Part shown: positions 1 to 9,290 of the stretch, one piece after another
Position numbering within the stretch: the first letter of the stretch is position 1
How the letters are laid out: the number at the start of each line of letters is the position of its first letter
IMG/VR virus record: IMGVR_UViG_3300032233_002382
Coordinates: 96,001-160,000 of that record
DNA from: a virus
Lineage: Duplodnaviria; Caudoviricetes
DNA length: 64,000 bases
Reading direction: 5' to 3' (one strand)
The notes under the pieces: generated by a model
Seen by the model: the letters and a program-made list of their open reading frames with translations, nothing else
What the model was told of the DNA's origin: nothing
Databases searched by the model: none
Position numbers and translations under genes: made by a program

Positions 1-17
1 ATGCGTGTAGTAAAAAG

Positions 18-743
18 ATGTTAGATTTAAGAGAAGCGAATTTTAGCTCTGATCCATTCAGTCATTTTTACGTCGATAACTTTTTTCCAGCAGAATTCGC
101 TGAAAAAGTCCTCAATAATTTTCCGCCGCTAGACGACGCTTCCTGGGAGTTGTCTCAAGAAAAAGACATTGAAATAAAGTATAGATCGACTTGGAGATCA
201 GAGTTCGACATACCTGAAGAAATCGTTAATGCAGTAAGAATTCTTAACGGTGCCGAATTTCTTGAGTCCTTATCGAAAGTGATGGGAGTAAATAAGATAA
301 TTCCAGATCCGTATTTTACGGGCGGTGGATTAAATGTCAGCTCCAAGAGCGGACTTTTAGATGTGCACGTAGATGGGAATTATCACGATGCAACCGGCTT
401 AAATCGTCGTTTAAATGTTCTTCTTTATTTAAACAAAAATTGGGATCCGGAATGGGGAGGTCAATTCGGGTTATTCGATGAGTCAGGAGATAAATGTATA
501 AAGAAGATCGAACCAATCTTCAATAGGTTAGTAGTTTTCGAGACTCACGATCGCAGTTTTCATGGCTTTCCCGAACCACTTAAAGTGCCAGATGGTGTCA
601 CCCGTAAATCGTTGATTTTATATTATTACACGGTTGAGAAGCGTCCGGGGCATCTCGTAACGGTTGAGGAACCCCATAGCGCGTTATGGAAAAACAGAGC
701 TTTTCATGATAAGCGTGGTAACAAGACCAGGAATTTCACATAG
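18..743 (+). CDS. 2OG-Fe(II) oxygenase (prolyl-4-hydroxylase-like family)
   Basis: HxD motif (LDVHVDGN), distal His (SFHGFP) and 2OG-binding Arg (VTRKSL); WxxEWGG motif typical of this family. Confidence 0.85.
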   Translation: MLDLREANFSSDPFSHFYVDNFFPAEFAEKVLNNFPPLDDASWELSQEKDIEIKYRSTWRSEFDIPEEIVNAVRILNGAEFLESLSKVMGVNKIIPDPYFTGGGLNVSSKSGLLDVHVDGNYHDATGLNRRLNVLLYLNKNWDPEWGGQFGLFDESGDKCIKKIEPIFNRLVVFETHDRSFHGFPEPLKVPDGVTRKSLILYYYTVEKRPGHLVTVEEPHSALWKNRAFHDKRGNKTRNFT

Positions 744-1536
744 CTGATATTTGGTCTCGAATTTTCGGTATCTGGAGAAAGTCATTTAAAGTGTGAACAC
801 TTTTAAGCGTTCTGTTAATGCTTATATCTGTGTTGTGTGGCATTATATCCAGATTTAGATGGAATTTATCAGCGATGGCTTGGACTAGTTCATATTTTGA
901 AATGGAGTCGGAGAATAAATGAACGGCCCCATTTTGATATTTCTGGTGTTTGACCATCGAATATATGCAGTCTGAAAGCTGCTTCGTCGTCATGCCGTTC
1001 CACATGTGATTCATGTAGCCGTTTATGCGACCTCCATTTTGGGATTTCACCCATTCAACAAGACCCTTACTGCCAAATCGTTCTTCCCCAATTATGCTCG
1101 TTCTAATGGTCATTACATTTATGGGCTCCCCAATTGATTTCGACTTTCCGTATAAATCTAAAGCGTTGTGGGGATCTTTCTCGTCGTAATTTCCTTTCTT
1201 GCCGTCATAAACACAATCTGTACTAATGTGGAACAATTGGATGTGGTTCGCTTTGCAATAATTCGCCAATTCTAGAGGAAAAACGCCATTTATCTTAATG
1301 GTCTCAATCGGGTCAATTTCAGCTATACTTTTCACTACCCCGATACAGTTAATAATTATGTCGCTTGAGCTTAGAGCGTTCAAAGAGCATGTTTTAGGAT
1401 CAAATTTGATGAATCTAGCATCTTTAAATACAGGCTCATTTCTAGTCGAATGAATGACATCTACATTACGAGACTGGAAATATTTAACCAGTTCATAACC
1501 GAGCATACCTCTTGCGCCTAGCACTACGATTCTCAT
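736..1536 (-). CDS. RmlD-like NAD(P)-dependent sugar 4-reductase (extended SDR)
   Basis: GARGMLG Rossmann motif, HISTDCVYDG and YGKSK catalytic motif. Start moved to ATG 1536, which overlaps the upstream stop. Confidence 0.85.
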   Translation of the reverse strand: MRIVVLGARGMLGYELVKYFQSRNVDVIHSTRNEPVFKDARFIKFDPKTCSLNALSSSDIIINCIGVVKSIAEIDPIETIKINGVFPLELANYCKANHIQLFHISTDCVYDGKKGNYDEKDPHNALDLYGKSKSIGEPINVMTIRTSIIGEERFGSKGLVEWVKSQNGGRINGYMNHMWNGMTTKQLSDCIYSMVKHQKYQNGAVHLFSDSISKYELVQAIADKFHLNLDIMPHNTDISINRTLKSVHTLNDFLQIPKIRDQISAM

Positions 1537-2522
1537 ATGTAGCACCCTCTCACCAAGAGCTCTTTTGCCTTCTCTATATCTTGAACTTCGGATGAGTCGA
1601 ATTTAAGCATCGTCGTCTTGCGAATCGTATTGTAATTAATAGAACGATTGCGGGAAATTTCAATTTGAGGCTTCACGTATAAATATTGATTTCCATATTC
1701 GTACGCGTCCGCGCACTCGGACTCTGAAACTAGAGTCTCGTGGATCTTCTCTCCGGGTCTGATTCCTACTATGTTTATTTTAGTATCTTTATTTCCGTGC
1801 GCTTGTATTAGGCATTTGGCAATGTCGGTGATTTTAAAACTCGGCATTTTCATGACATAGGTGCCCACTCCGCACTCTCCACTAGCAGCCTTGAACAACA
1901 GCCCGACCGCTTCGGGAAGAGTTAGGAAAAACCTTGTCATTCGTTCATCGGTTATGTTTATTTGGTTGTACTTTTTTATCTGTTCGATAAACAACGGCAC
2001 AACCGAACCATTCGAGCCGAGAGCGTTCCCGCCACGAATACACTGGAATTCAGTGCCTACGGAGCTTGAATTCGCAGTAATAAATATTTTTTCGGCTATC
2101 GATTTGCTGTAACCGTATAGATTTATAGGAGCACACGCTTTATCTGTCGAAACCAGTATGGCTTTCTCGACTTCGGAAGATATGCAGGCATCGCGTAAAT
2201 TTGTGGTTCCTTGAATGTTAGTTTTAATGAACTCGTCAGGATTAGATTCACCAATCGGTACATGTTTCAACGCTGCTAAATGAAACACTATATCAATGCC
2301 TTTAGTAGCTTTGATTAATGAGTCTTTATCTCTAACATCACCGATGACAAATTCTAATGATGCGTCTGGTATTGACCGCTTCATCATGACTTGGGCATTC
2401 TCGTTACGAGAATAAACCCTGACGAGAGATGGATTATGATTCCTTAGAAGCTGACGGGTTAGTTCATGGCCCCATGATCCCGTTCCGCCTGTGATGAGGA
2501 TGCTCTTCTTGTCGAAATTCAT
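1533..2522 (-). CDS. UDP-GlcNAc 4,6-dehydratase/epimerase (FnlA/CapE/PseB-like)
   Basis: ITGGTGSWG, VFHLAALKHVP, STDKA, YGYSK, RGGNALGSNGSVVPLF, TDERMTRF and GIRPGEKIHE motifs. Confidence 0.9.
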   Translation of the reverse strand: MNFDKKSILITGGTGSWGHELTRQLLRNHNPSLVRVYSRNENAQVMMKRSIPDASLEFVIGDVRDKDSLIKATKGIDIVFHLAALKHVPIGESNPDEFIKTNIQGTTNLRDACISSEVEKAILVSTDKACAPINLYGYSKSIAEKIFITANSSSVGTEFQCIRGGNALGSNGSVVPLFIEQIKKYNQINITDERMTRFFLTLPEAVGLLFKAASGECGVGTYVMKMPSFKITDIAKCLIQAHGNKDTKINIVGIRPGEKIHETLVSESECADAYEYGNQYLYVKPQIEISRNRSINYNTIRKTTMLKFDSSEVQDIEKAKELLVRGCYI

Positions 2523-3580
2523 ATTTTATCCGATATGATTTGACTAACGTTTTTGGACACTTGAGGTTCTAAGTACTCTGGAGGAATGATCCATGATCGT
2601 TTATCCATTACCATATTCAGACTGCTAAGAATGTTGTCTGGATCGTAACCGCTACAAATAGTAGAACCAGCGTCCAGCAATTCCTGTCGCTCCGTCACCG
2701 GTCTTAAAGTGACAGAAGGTATGCCCAATAAACAACATTCCTCAGGAACAGTCCCGGAATCAGAGAGAACTGCCGTAGCTTTTCTTTCAATATGTTGGAA
2801 TTCAAGAAATCCGCAAGCATCACGGAGTATGACGCGATCGGGGATTGCTACTACCGATGCCGAAAGTTTCGACTTTAACCTGGGGTGAACCATTAAAACG
2901 CAGGGCAATTCTAAATGCTCTGCACACTTCCCCAGTCCTATGATGGTATTCTGGAGATTCTTAAGGTTATCGACGCATTCGGATCTATGGAGAGTAGCCA
3001 GCAAAAATCTTTCCGGCATTGGGAATTCTGAAATGCAGCGTTTGTCTTTATAGAAATTCATTACTTCTAGGATCGGATTTCCAACAACAAAGCTGTCTGC
3101 TTCCGTTCTTCCGCACTTGTATAGGTTTTTTAGCGAATGGTTAGTGTAAGCAAGGTTAAATGCTGAAGTAGCGTCTATAATTTTTCGATTGCGTTCTTCC
3201 GGTACTGAGTCATCCCAACAACGGTTACCTGCTTCAAGATGGAAGACTGGTACTCCATATCGTTCACAAATTATAGCCGAAAGACCTGAGTATGTGTCTC
3301 CGAGTATTACGGCACCATCTGGTTTTTCGGTTATCAGGATCTTTTCAACTTGAACCAAGAGATGTGCTAAATACTCGCCGGTAGTAGATCCGCGTGTAGT
3401 CAAACGGTAATCCGGCGTCCTCATATTCAAGTCAGACCAGAATATTGAGTTTAAATTTGGTTCGAAATTCTGCTGAGTGTCTACCAATATCTGCTGGAAA
3501 TTGCGGTCTAATATTCTACTGATTACCGACAGCCTGATGATCTCTGGCCTTGTTCCTACTATTGTAATTAATTTTTTCAC
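2519..3580 (-). CDS. Non-hydrolysing UDP-N-acetylhexosamine 2-epimerase (FnlC/QnlB/WecB family)
   Basis: IVGTRPEIIRLS, LGDT, HLEAGNRC, PEERNR, TLHR and SDSGTVPEE motifs; GTG start. Confidence 0.9.
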   Translation of the reverse strand: MKKLITIVGTRPEIIRLSVISRILDRNFQQILVDTQQNFEPNLNSIFWSDLNMRTPDYRLTTRGSTTGEYLAHLLVQVEKILITEKPDGAVILGDTYSGLSAIICERYGVPVFHLEAGNRCWDDSVPEERNRKIIDATSAFNLAYTNHSLKNLYKCGRTEADSFVVGNPILEVMNFYKDKRCISEFPMPERFLLATLHRSECVDNLKNLQNTIIGLGKCAEHLELPCVLMVHPRLKSKLSASVVAIPDRVILRDACGFLEFQHIERKATAVLSDSGTVPEECCLLGIPSVTLRPVTERQELLDAGSTICSGYDPDNILSSLNMVMDKRSWIIPPEYLEPQVSKNVSQIISDKI

Positions 3581-3581
3581 T

Positions 3582-4415
3582 TCAGATGACCTTTACAAGC
3601 ATGCACGACGAGCCCCATTCGAAACCACGATTGGCGACTACATCTCTCTGAGGGTTAAAGGTCTTATAGTACTCCTGATTTACGAATTGATTAGAATCTT
3701 TAGAATAAGATCGATCATGGGCCAAATGAATACCTGCTACCGAATCGTTTAGAACACATTTCATTCCGATAAGTTGCACTCTACGTCCGAAGTCTATGTC
3801 CTCCCAACCAACGCCCGCCATATATTTTTCATCGATACCGCCAAGAAGAGCAAAGTTTGATCGTTTCATTGCTCCCAGATAGTATTGATAAGCTTGGAAA
3901 TCTTCATGCCTACACCGAGCCGATCTTTTCGAAAGATTTTCCTTGCATATTGATTTAATGGTGCTTACTGAAATTCCTTTTTCTACCTCGGAAGCCACCA
4001 TTTCTTTAGGGCGTTCATCTAACCATCCATACAGAAAGTGATTCACATGCTCCGGATTTTTAAAATATTCGCGTATCTTCTGAACGTTGGTTGTTGCGTT
4101 TATGACTTCTGGGGAAGACAAGACTATTACATCGCCCTCACACATTTTAAATGCAAAATTCTGGATAGCAGATGGGTTGACATGCCCGTCATATCTTCGT
4201 TTAAAAAACGGCGATCTGGTCGGATCCACGATGGCTGCTTTAATTCTTAATCCTTTTTTACGATATTCTTCAACAGCAGCGACCCAACCACCGGGATTAT
4301 CAGAATTATCGATGGTGACTATTTCAAAGTCTATATCAGACTGACGTAGTAATGATTCTAGGTTCACTAAAAATAAATCGCTTCTATCTTTGTGAGGGTA
4401 TATGAAAGAAATCAT
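3582..4415 (-). CDS. Family 2 glycosyltransferase (paralog 1)
   Basis: EIVTIDNSD, N-FA-K-GD-I-LSSPE segment and GGIDEKYMAGVGWEDIDFGRR C-terminal GT2 motif. Confidence 0.75.
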   Translation of the reverse strand: MISFIYPHKDRSDLFLVNLESLLRQSDIDFEIVTIDNSDNPGGWVAAVEEYRKKGLRIKAAIVDPTRSPFFKRRYDGHVNPSAIQNFAFKMCEGDVIVLSSPEVINATTNVQKIREYFKNPEHVNHFLYGWLDERPKEMVASEVEKGISVSTIKSICKENLSKRSARCRHEDFQAYQYYLGAMKRSNFALLGGIDEKYMAGVGWEDIDFGRRVQLIGMKCVLNDSVAGIHLAHDRSYSKDSNQFVNQEYYKTFNPQRDVVANRGFEWGSSCMLVKVI

Positions 4416-4427
4416 TTTATATCCTAT

Positions 4428-5264
4428 CTATATGTATCTTACTAAGATTGATTCCGAACCCATACCATACTCCGTCCTACCACCGGGAGCATCTTTCGGG
4501 TTAAATTCGAAAAGTAATTTTCTATTTATGTAGTGATACTTATGCCACCAAGTTTTTTCGTGGCTGAGATGAATTCCTGCTACATTTTCTGATATTTTCG
4601 GAACAATTCCATGCATTTGAATCCTTCTAGCAAAGTCATCGTCCTCACAAGCGACTCCTTGCATGTAACGCTCATCAATTCCCCCGATCGCTTCAAAATG
4701 CTTTTTAAGTAAAGACCCGAGATAGTAATTGCAAGGGTTAAATGACTCCGGTCTGCATTTTGAGCTAGCTCGGGTCCAAGGGCCGCAAAATGCTTTTATA
4801 GTCTCATAAGTTAAATCAGCTTTCCTTAAATCTGCTGTTTCCTGAACCGACCTGTCATCAACCCAACCATATAAGAATTTAAACTCATTTTCTTTGGATT
4901 CGAAAAATGCTTTTATGTTTTTCACATTGTCAATAGCGTTAATTACTTCGGGCGAGGATAACGTTATGATATCTCCCGAGCTCATTTTGACCGCAAAATT
5001 CTGGCTGGCTGCGGGATTTACGTTTCCTTCGTATTTTTGGACGAAATGTACACACTTGGTAGGATCAACGATGGCCGCTTTAATGTTTAGTCCCTTTAGT
5101 CGATATTCTAGTACCAGATCGATCCATGGTTGCGGGTCATCGGAATTATCAACTGTAACGATTTCAAAATCATGGTCGGTCTGATTTAACAGAGAGTCTA
5201 AATTATGGCGGAATAATGTCGTCCGGTCTTTATGTGGATAGATATAAGATAGGGATTTTGTCAT
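4428..5264 (-). CDS. Family 2 glycosyltransferase (paralog 2)
   Basis: Colinear with 3582..4415 (YPHKDR, EIVTVDNSD, LSSPEVINA, GGIDERYMQGVACEDDDFARR). Confidence 0.75.
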   Translation of the reverse strand: MTKSLSYIYPHKDRTTLFRHNLDSLLNQTDHDFEIVTVDNSDDPQPWIDLVLEYRLKGLNIKAAIVDPTKCVHFVQKYEGNVNPAASQNFAVKMSSGDIITLSSPEVINAIDNVKNIKAFFESKENEFKFLYGWVDDRSVQETADLRKADLTYETIKAFCGPWTRASSKCRPESFNPCNYYLGSLLKKHFEAIGGIDERYMQGVACEDDDFARRIQMHGIVPKISENVAGIHLSHEKTWWHKYHYINRKLLFEFNPKDAPGGRTEYGMGSESILVRYI

Positions 5265-5282
5265 GATAAATAATCATACCAG

Positions 5283-5870
5283 TTAGACAATTCTGTCTAC
5301 GGCTTCATAAATACCTTTTAAATCAGGAAATGGATGCGCTTGACGAAGGGGTTTAAGTGAAGCGATCTCTCGAAACCTGACTATTTCCTTTTCGGAGGTC
5401 CAAAAGTATAAGAATAGATCTTTCCGAATTTTAGAATCTATAATATGTGTCGTGCGGTCTGAAATACGACCGAACTTTTTCATATCATAATAGACGAGGA
5501 CGCTAAGTGGTCGGAATATCATACGTCGCTTTAAGAATGCGGGCCATGGTGCCATAAAAACAAAGAAAAACCAAAAGAAGGTAAAACTAGGATAGATCGG
5601 GCTTAGTATTGATAAAAACGAGAGTCCACAAAGCACAATAGGGATGATATGAGAAAGATGGTAGGATACAGGCACGGACGATTTTAAAAAAGCATCAGAA
5701 ATGATAAAAAGAAATTCTCTGAAGTCGTCTTCATTCTGCACATTTAAGGTTAATCTTCTTAATACTCTTAAATGTCTTACCTTCTTTTTCAAATCCTTTT
5801 TCCTGCGTGCGAAAGATCCGCTTTTTGAGTACTCCTCGATCAAAATATTACAGGCAATCCCGTAATTCAT
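5283..5870 (-). CDS. Hypothetical membrane protein
   Basis: 195-aa ORF packed between neighbours, with two central hydrophobic segments. Confidence 0.6.
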   Translation of the reverse strand: MNYGIACNILIEEYSKSGSFARRKKDLKKKVRHLRVLRRLTLNVQNEDDFREFLFIISDAFLKSSVPVSYHLSHIIPIVLCGLSFLSILSPIYPSFTFFWFFFVFMAPWPAFLKRRMIFRPLSVLVYYDMKKFGRISDRTTHIIDSKIRKDLFLYFWTSEKEIVRFREIASLKPLRQAHPFPDLKGIYEAVDRIV

Positions 5871-5873
5871 AAC

Positions 5874-6896
5874 TCACCAATAGTTCCACTTTGTCCATTG
5901 TGTCTTGCACGGACTTCCAGGGCTATAATGCAGTTCGCCTAACTGTGGAACCACTATCACCGCAAAACAAGTGGACCTGTCGGGAGCATGCCTACAAATA
6001 CCGTCGTGACCTCCGTTGCCGTGGTCACCAGCGAGATCTTTTAACATATCAACATCAATTTTTCCATGGTGATTCAGCGCCCAGCTTTGCGCTTTTTGCC
6101 TTCTATACATCGAACTTTCCGGTCTTAAATTTAAATCTTTAGAGGTCAGAATATCATAGTGGTTCGTATGGACACATATGTCTTTGTCCGGCCTTATTTC
6201 GGCTGCAGATGATGAAGTACCTTCTACCATCTTGAAATCGCCAGACCCGTTTAAAACGATATTATTGTATGAACTGCTCCTGAATGGGTTTAAAAACATG
6301 CTCATTGCATCATGTATGTCGACTGACTCTAATCCCGCTCTATATGTGAGTAATCTCGGTATGCCGGGCTTTAAATCATCACATGCGAGGGCATTACCAG
6401 AAAACACCATTCCGAACGAGTTCACCGCAAAGGAAAAGAAATATGGGTCTCTCGTGATGCCAAGGATTGAAGGTTTTCCAGTTACGGAAATTCTAATTGT
6501 GCGAGGCGAGTATCCTGGTTTTTCGTCGTTAGTATGAAGAAGGCAGGTTAATTTTGATGATGTAGAACCAGGGGCACACAAAAGATCAGTACACCGTTCA
6601 GGGACGCTAGGCAGATCTTCATAGTCCCATAGCTCTTCACAAGACGCGAAGAACAAATCCCTAAATTCCACCTTTGCGGCTTCGCATATGCCCAGCATCT
6701 CCTCACAAATGTCAGGAATAAACTGCTTGGTTATTCTCATAGATTCATCGATATAATTATCTATGAATCTATCTTTAAGTCTTTTCGGTGGATTCGATAA
6801 ACTCTCATTCACCAAATCATGGATCTCCATCGGGAATGTCTGACCGATTTGGCGGCCTACTTCCCGATGGGATCCGTAAAATTCAGTGACATCCAT
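5874..6896 (-). CDS. Peptidase C45 family Ntn-hydrolase (acyl-CoA:6-APA acyltransferase-like)
   Basis: GSHREVGRQIG N-terminus, autoproteolytic Cys in ERCTD, HTNDE, NSFG, HTNHY and S-YR motifs. Confidence 0.75.
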   Translation of the reverse strand: MDVTEFYGSHREVGRQIGQTFPMEIHDLVNESLSNPPKRLKDRFIDNYIDESMRITKQFIPDICEEMLGICEAAKVEFRDLFFASCEELWDYEDLPSVPERCTDLLCAPGSTSSKLTCLLHTNDEKPGYSPRTIRISVTGKPSILGITRDPYFFSFAVNSFGMVFSGNALACDDLKPGIPRLLTYRAGLESVDIHDAMSMFLNPFRSSSYNNIVLNGSGDFKMVEGTSSSAAEIRPDKDICVHTNHYDILTSKDLNLRPESSMYRRQKAQSWALNHHGKIDVDMLKDLAGDHGNGGHDGICRHAPDRSTCFAVIVVPQLGELHYSPGSPCKTQWTKWNYW

Positions 6897-7300
6897 TAGT
6901 CACCAAAACAGAAATACTGAATGTAGTCGGTCGACGTAGGAGTCGAGATGACAACTAGTTCGCACTCTGTGATCGGCGTCGCTCCAGGAGTGGTTGAGGA
7001 AGCGAAGCAGAACTCGGAGTTTGGCGGCATGCTCAAGGTGTTAGTAACTGAACTGTTTAATCTGACACCGTACTCATTAGTCCCTAAGTTCTTTAGGATC
7101 AGGACGCGCGCGTTATTCACGGATCCGAAAGGAACGGCGATCGTATCGCCTGGAGATGCACTTGTATCGACGTCGATCTGTCCTACGTTCTGCGCTGCGC
7201 AAGAAGCGGTTACAGACAATGAGACAGTTCCAGAATTAGCAGCAGATCCTGGAGGAGTGTACTGGAGGCCGACGGTGGCGGTAGCGTTCAATGCTGGCAT
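6896..7300 (-). CDS. Hypothetical beta-rich protein, probably virion-associated
   Basis: 134-aa Ala/Thr/Ser/Val-rich ORF with an SD-like site (GGAG) upstream, next to fibre genes. Confidence 0.55.
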   Translation of the reverse strand: MPALNATATVGLQYTPPGSAANSGTVSLSVTASCAAQNVGQIDVDTSASPGDTIAVPFGSVNNARVLILKNLGTNEYGVRLNSSVTNTLSMPPNSEFCFASSTTPGATPITECELVVISTPTSTDYIQYFCFGD

Positions 7301-7376
7301 TTGAATCTCCTATCGAGAAAGGATGATATTTGGTGTTAGTCCTTTTAGTAGCAGCCTCTTATGAAGGACGGAAAAC

Positions 7377-8618
7377 GTGGCTACTCAAGTAAATGCATAT
7401 AGAACAGGCGGCACCGTCGAATTCACGGATGCCGTGATTAATGTTCTATCAGATGCCCCTCTTGATGAGCCTTCTACTCCGATTTTTGAGAATTTAACTA
7501 AAGTCTATGCAGATCTTGGTCTAGCTAGAAATCAATTTCAACTTCTATACTTGGTCTTCCAGAAAGCTACACGCCCGAGTCCAACGCAAGTAAGTTACAG
7601 CTTTACTGCCAGATTTGCCGCTCGAACCAGTAATTTAGCTGATCCATTTCGAGGCGCAAAAGGAGATGTTGGAGCTCGAGGACCTACCGGAGCATTAGGA
7701 CCTACCGGACCCATGGGGTCCATAGGGTTAGTTGGAAGCACTGGTGCTACAGGAAGTACCGGACCTACAGGTGCCTTAGGTCTAGTAGGTCCAACAGGTC
7801 CAATAGGATTTGTGGGCCCCACCGGACCGATGGGTTTAGAAGGTCTAGTCGGCCCTACGGGAAGTATGGGTCATGTCGGTCCGACAGGTCCGACTGGATT
7901 AACGGGCGACACTGGTATTCAGGGGCCTACAGGCTTCGGCGAGACCGGTCCTACAGGCTCGTCTGGTATAGAAGGTGCCACTGGCCCCACCGGCCCATTC
8001 GGTGGTCCTCCCGGACCCACCGGTCCTGTCGGTCCCACGGGTCCGACAAACGGTCCGACAGGTGCTTCGGGTCCTACAGGACCATCCGGACCGACAGGTC
8101 CAAAGGGCGATTCAGGATTCGGTGATACCGGACCCCAAGGACCTGTCGGTTCCACGGGCTCAATAGGCAACACTGGTCCAACCGGTCCAGCGGGCCAGAA
8201 TGGCATCGTAGGTCCTACTGGAAGCCACGGTCTCGTAGGGCCTACTGGTCCTCAAGGTCCTACGGGTTCCAATGCGAATATTCAGTTAAAGGTGCCGCTT
8301 GCCGAGCCTATTCTGGTCGGTCAGCTTGTTGCAATTACCTCTACAGGAGCGGTGGTTGCGGATAACAATGACGCATCTCGTCTTCCTGCTGCTGGATTTG
8401 CAGTCGTTGTCGGACCCACTGACGTATATCTAACAAACGTGGGACCTGTGTATAACTTGGCAGGACTGAATCAGGGTTTAGTATACTATTTGGGTTCGAC
8501 CGGGGCTGCTACGGCTACCGCTCCAAGCGGCGTCGTTATAAGTCAAACTGTCGGAGTGGCTGCAGATTCGACGTCTATCTTTGCCAACGTGAGTCCGTTT
8601 GGAATATACTACCCTTAG
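7377..8618 (+). CDS. Collagen-like protein with (Gly-Pro-Thr)-rich triple helix
   Basis: About 200 aa of Gly-X-Y repeats dominated by GPT, with non-collagen N- and C-terminal domains; GTG start. Confidence 0.9.
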   Translation: MATQVNAYRTGGTVEFTDAVINVLSDAPLDEPSTPIFENLTKVYADLGLARNQFQLLYLVFQKATRPSPTQVSYSFTARFAARTSNLADPFRGAKGDVGARGPTGALGPTGPMGSIGLVGSTGATGSTGPTGALGLVGPTGPIGFVGPTGPMGLEGLVGPTGSMGHVGPTGPTGLTGDTGIQGPTGFGETGPTGSSGIEGATGPTGPFGGPPGPTGPVGPTGPTNGPTGASGPTGPSGPTGPKGDSGFGDTGPQGPVGSTGSIGNTGPTGPAGQNGIVGPTGSHGLVGPTGPQGPTGSNANIQLKVPLAEPILVGQLVAITSTGAVVADNNDASRLPAAGFAVVVGPTDVYLTNVGPVYNLAGLNQGLVYYLGSTGAATATAPSGVVISQTVGVAADSTSIFANVSPFGIYYP

Positions 8619-8628
8619 TGAGGCTACT

Positions 8629-9276
8629 ATGGCTGTAAACGTTGGCGTACAGAAATTAGCGAGTAACTCGAAAAATATAATTACCGCCACAGTAGTGCTG
8701 ACTTCTGATGTGGCAATTCTTGATCCTATATCGGCTCTTTCGAATCCGTCGATAATTACTCGAATATATAATCAGTTATCTATTACTCCGGAAACATATC
8801 AACTTACTCAGGTGTCGTCTGCAGCACCGTCGATATCTAACTTAGGCTACATTTATAACTTCGCAGTTCGGTTTCAGAAAATCGGGACAGTTCCCGAAAC
8901 AAACCAATTCCTAGGTCCTCCTGGACCTGTTGGTGTTCAGGGACCTCGTGGTCCGGTCGGTCCCCCTGGCTTCATCGGGCCTGTAGGTCCCCCCGGAATC
9001 GAAGGCAATACGGGACCAAGGGGTCCAACCGGGTTCTCCGGGTCGCCAGGACTAGTGGGTCCTACTGGTCCAGCTGGTCTAAGCGTGGTAGGGCCAACCG
9101 GAGCTCCTGGATTAGTTGGGCCGACTGGATCTGCAGGTCTTGTAGGCCCGACTGGACCCGCTGGTAGTGGGTTGGTGACTGTGACCGCAGTAGATGGTGG
9201 CGGTCCCGAAATACTTTTATTGGCGGAAATAAATAATTTCTTTGTCGAGCTTGAAATCGACGGCGGCTCGCCTTAA
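8629..9276 (+). CDS. Second collagen-like protein
   Basis: GPV/GPT repeats, N-domain paralogous to 7377..8618 and IDGGSP C-terminus. ATG 8629 chosen, with GAGG upstream. Confidence 0.85.
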   Translation: MAVNVGVQKLASNSKNIITATVVLTSDVAILDPISALSNPSIITRIYNQLSITPETYQLTQVSSAAPSISNLGYIYNFAVRFQKIGTVPETNQFLGPPGPVGVQGPRGPVGPPGFIGPVGPPGIEGNTGPRGPTGFSGSPGLVGPTGPAGLSVVGPTGAPGLVGPTGSAGLVGPTGPAGSGLVTVTAVDGGGPEILLLAEINNFFVELEIDGGSP

Positions 9277-9290
9277 CCTAGGTGTAAATA

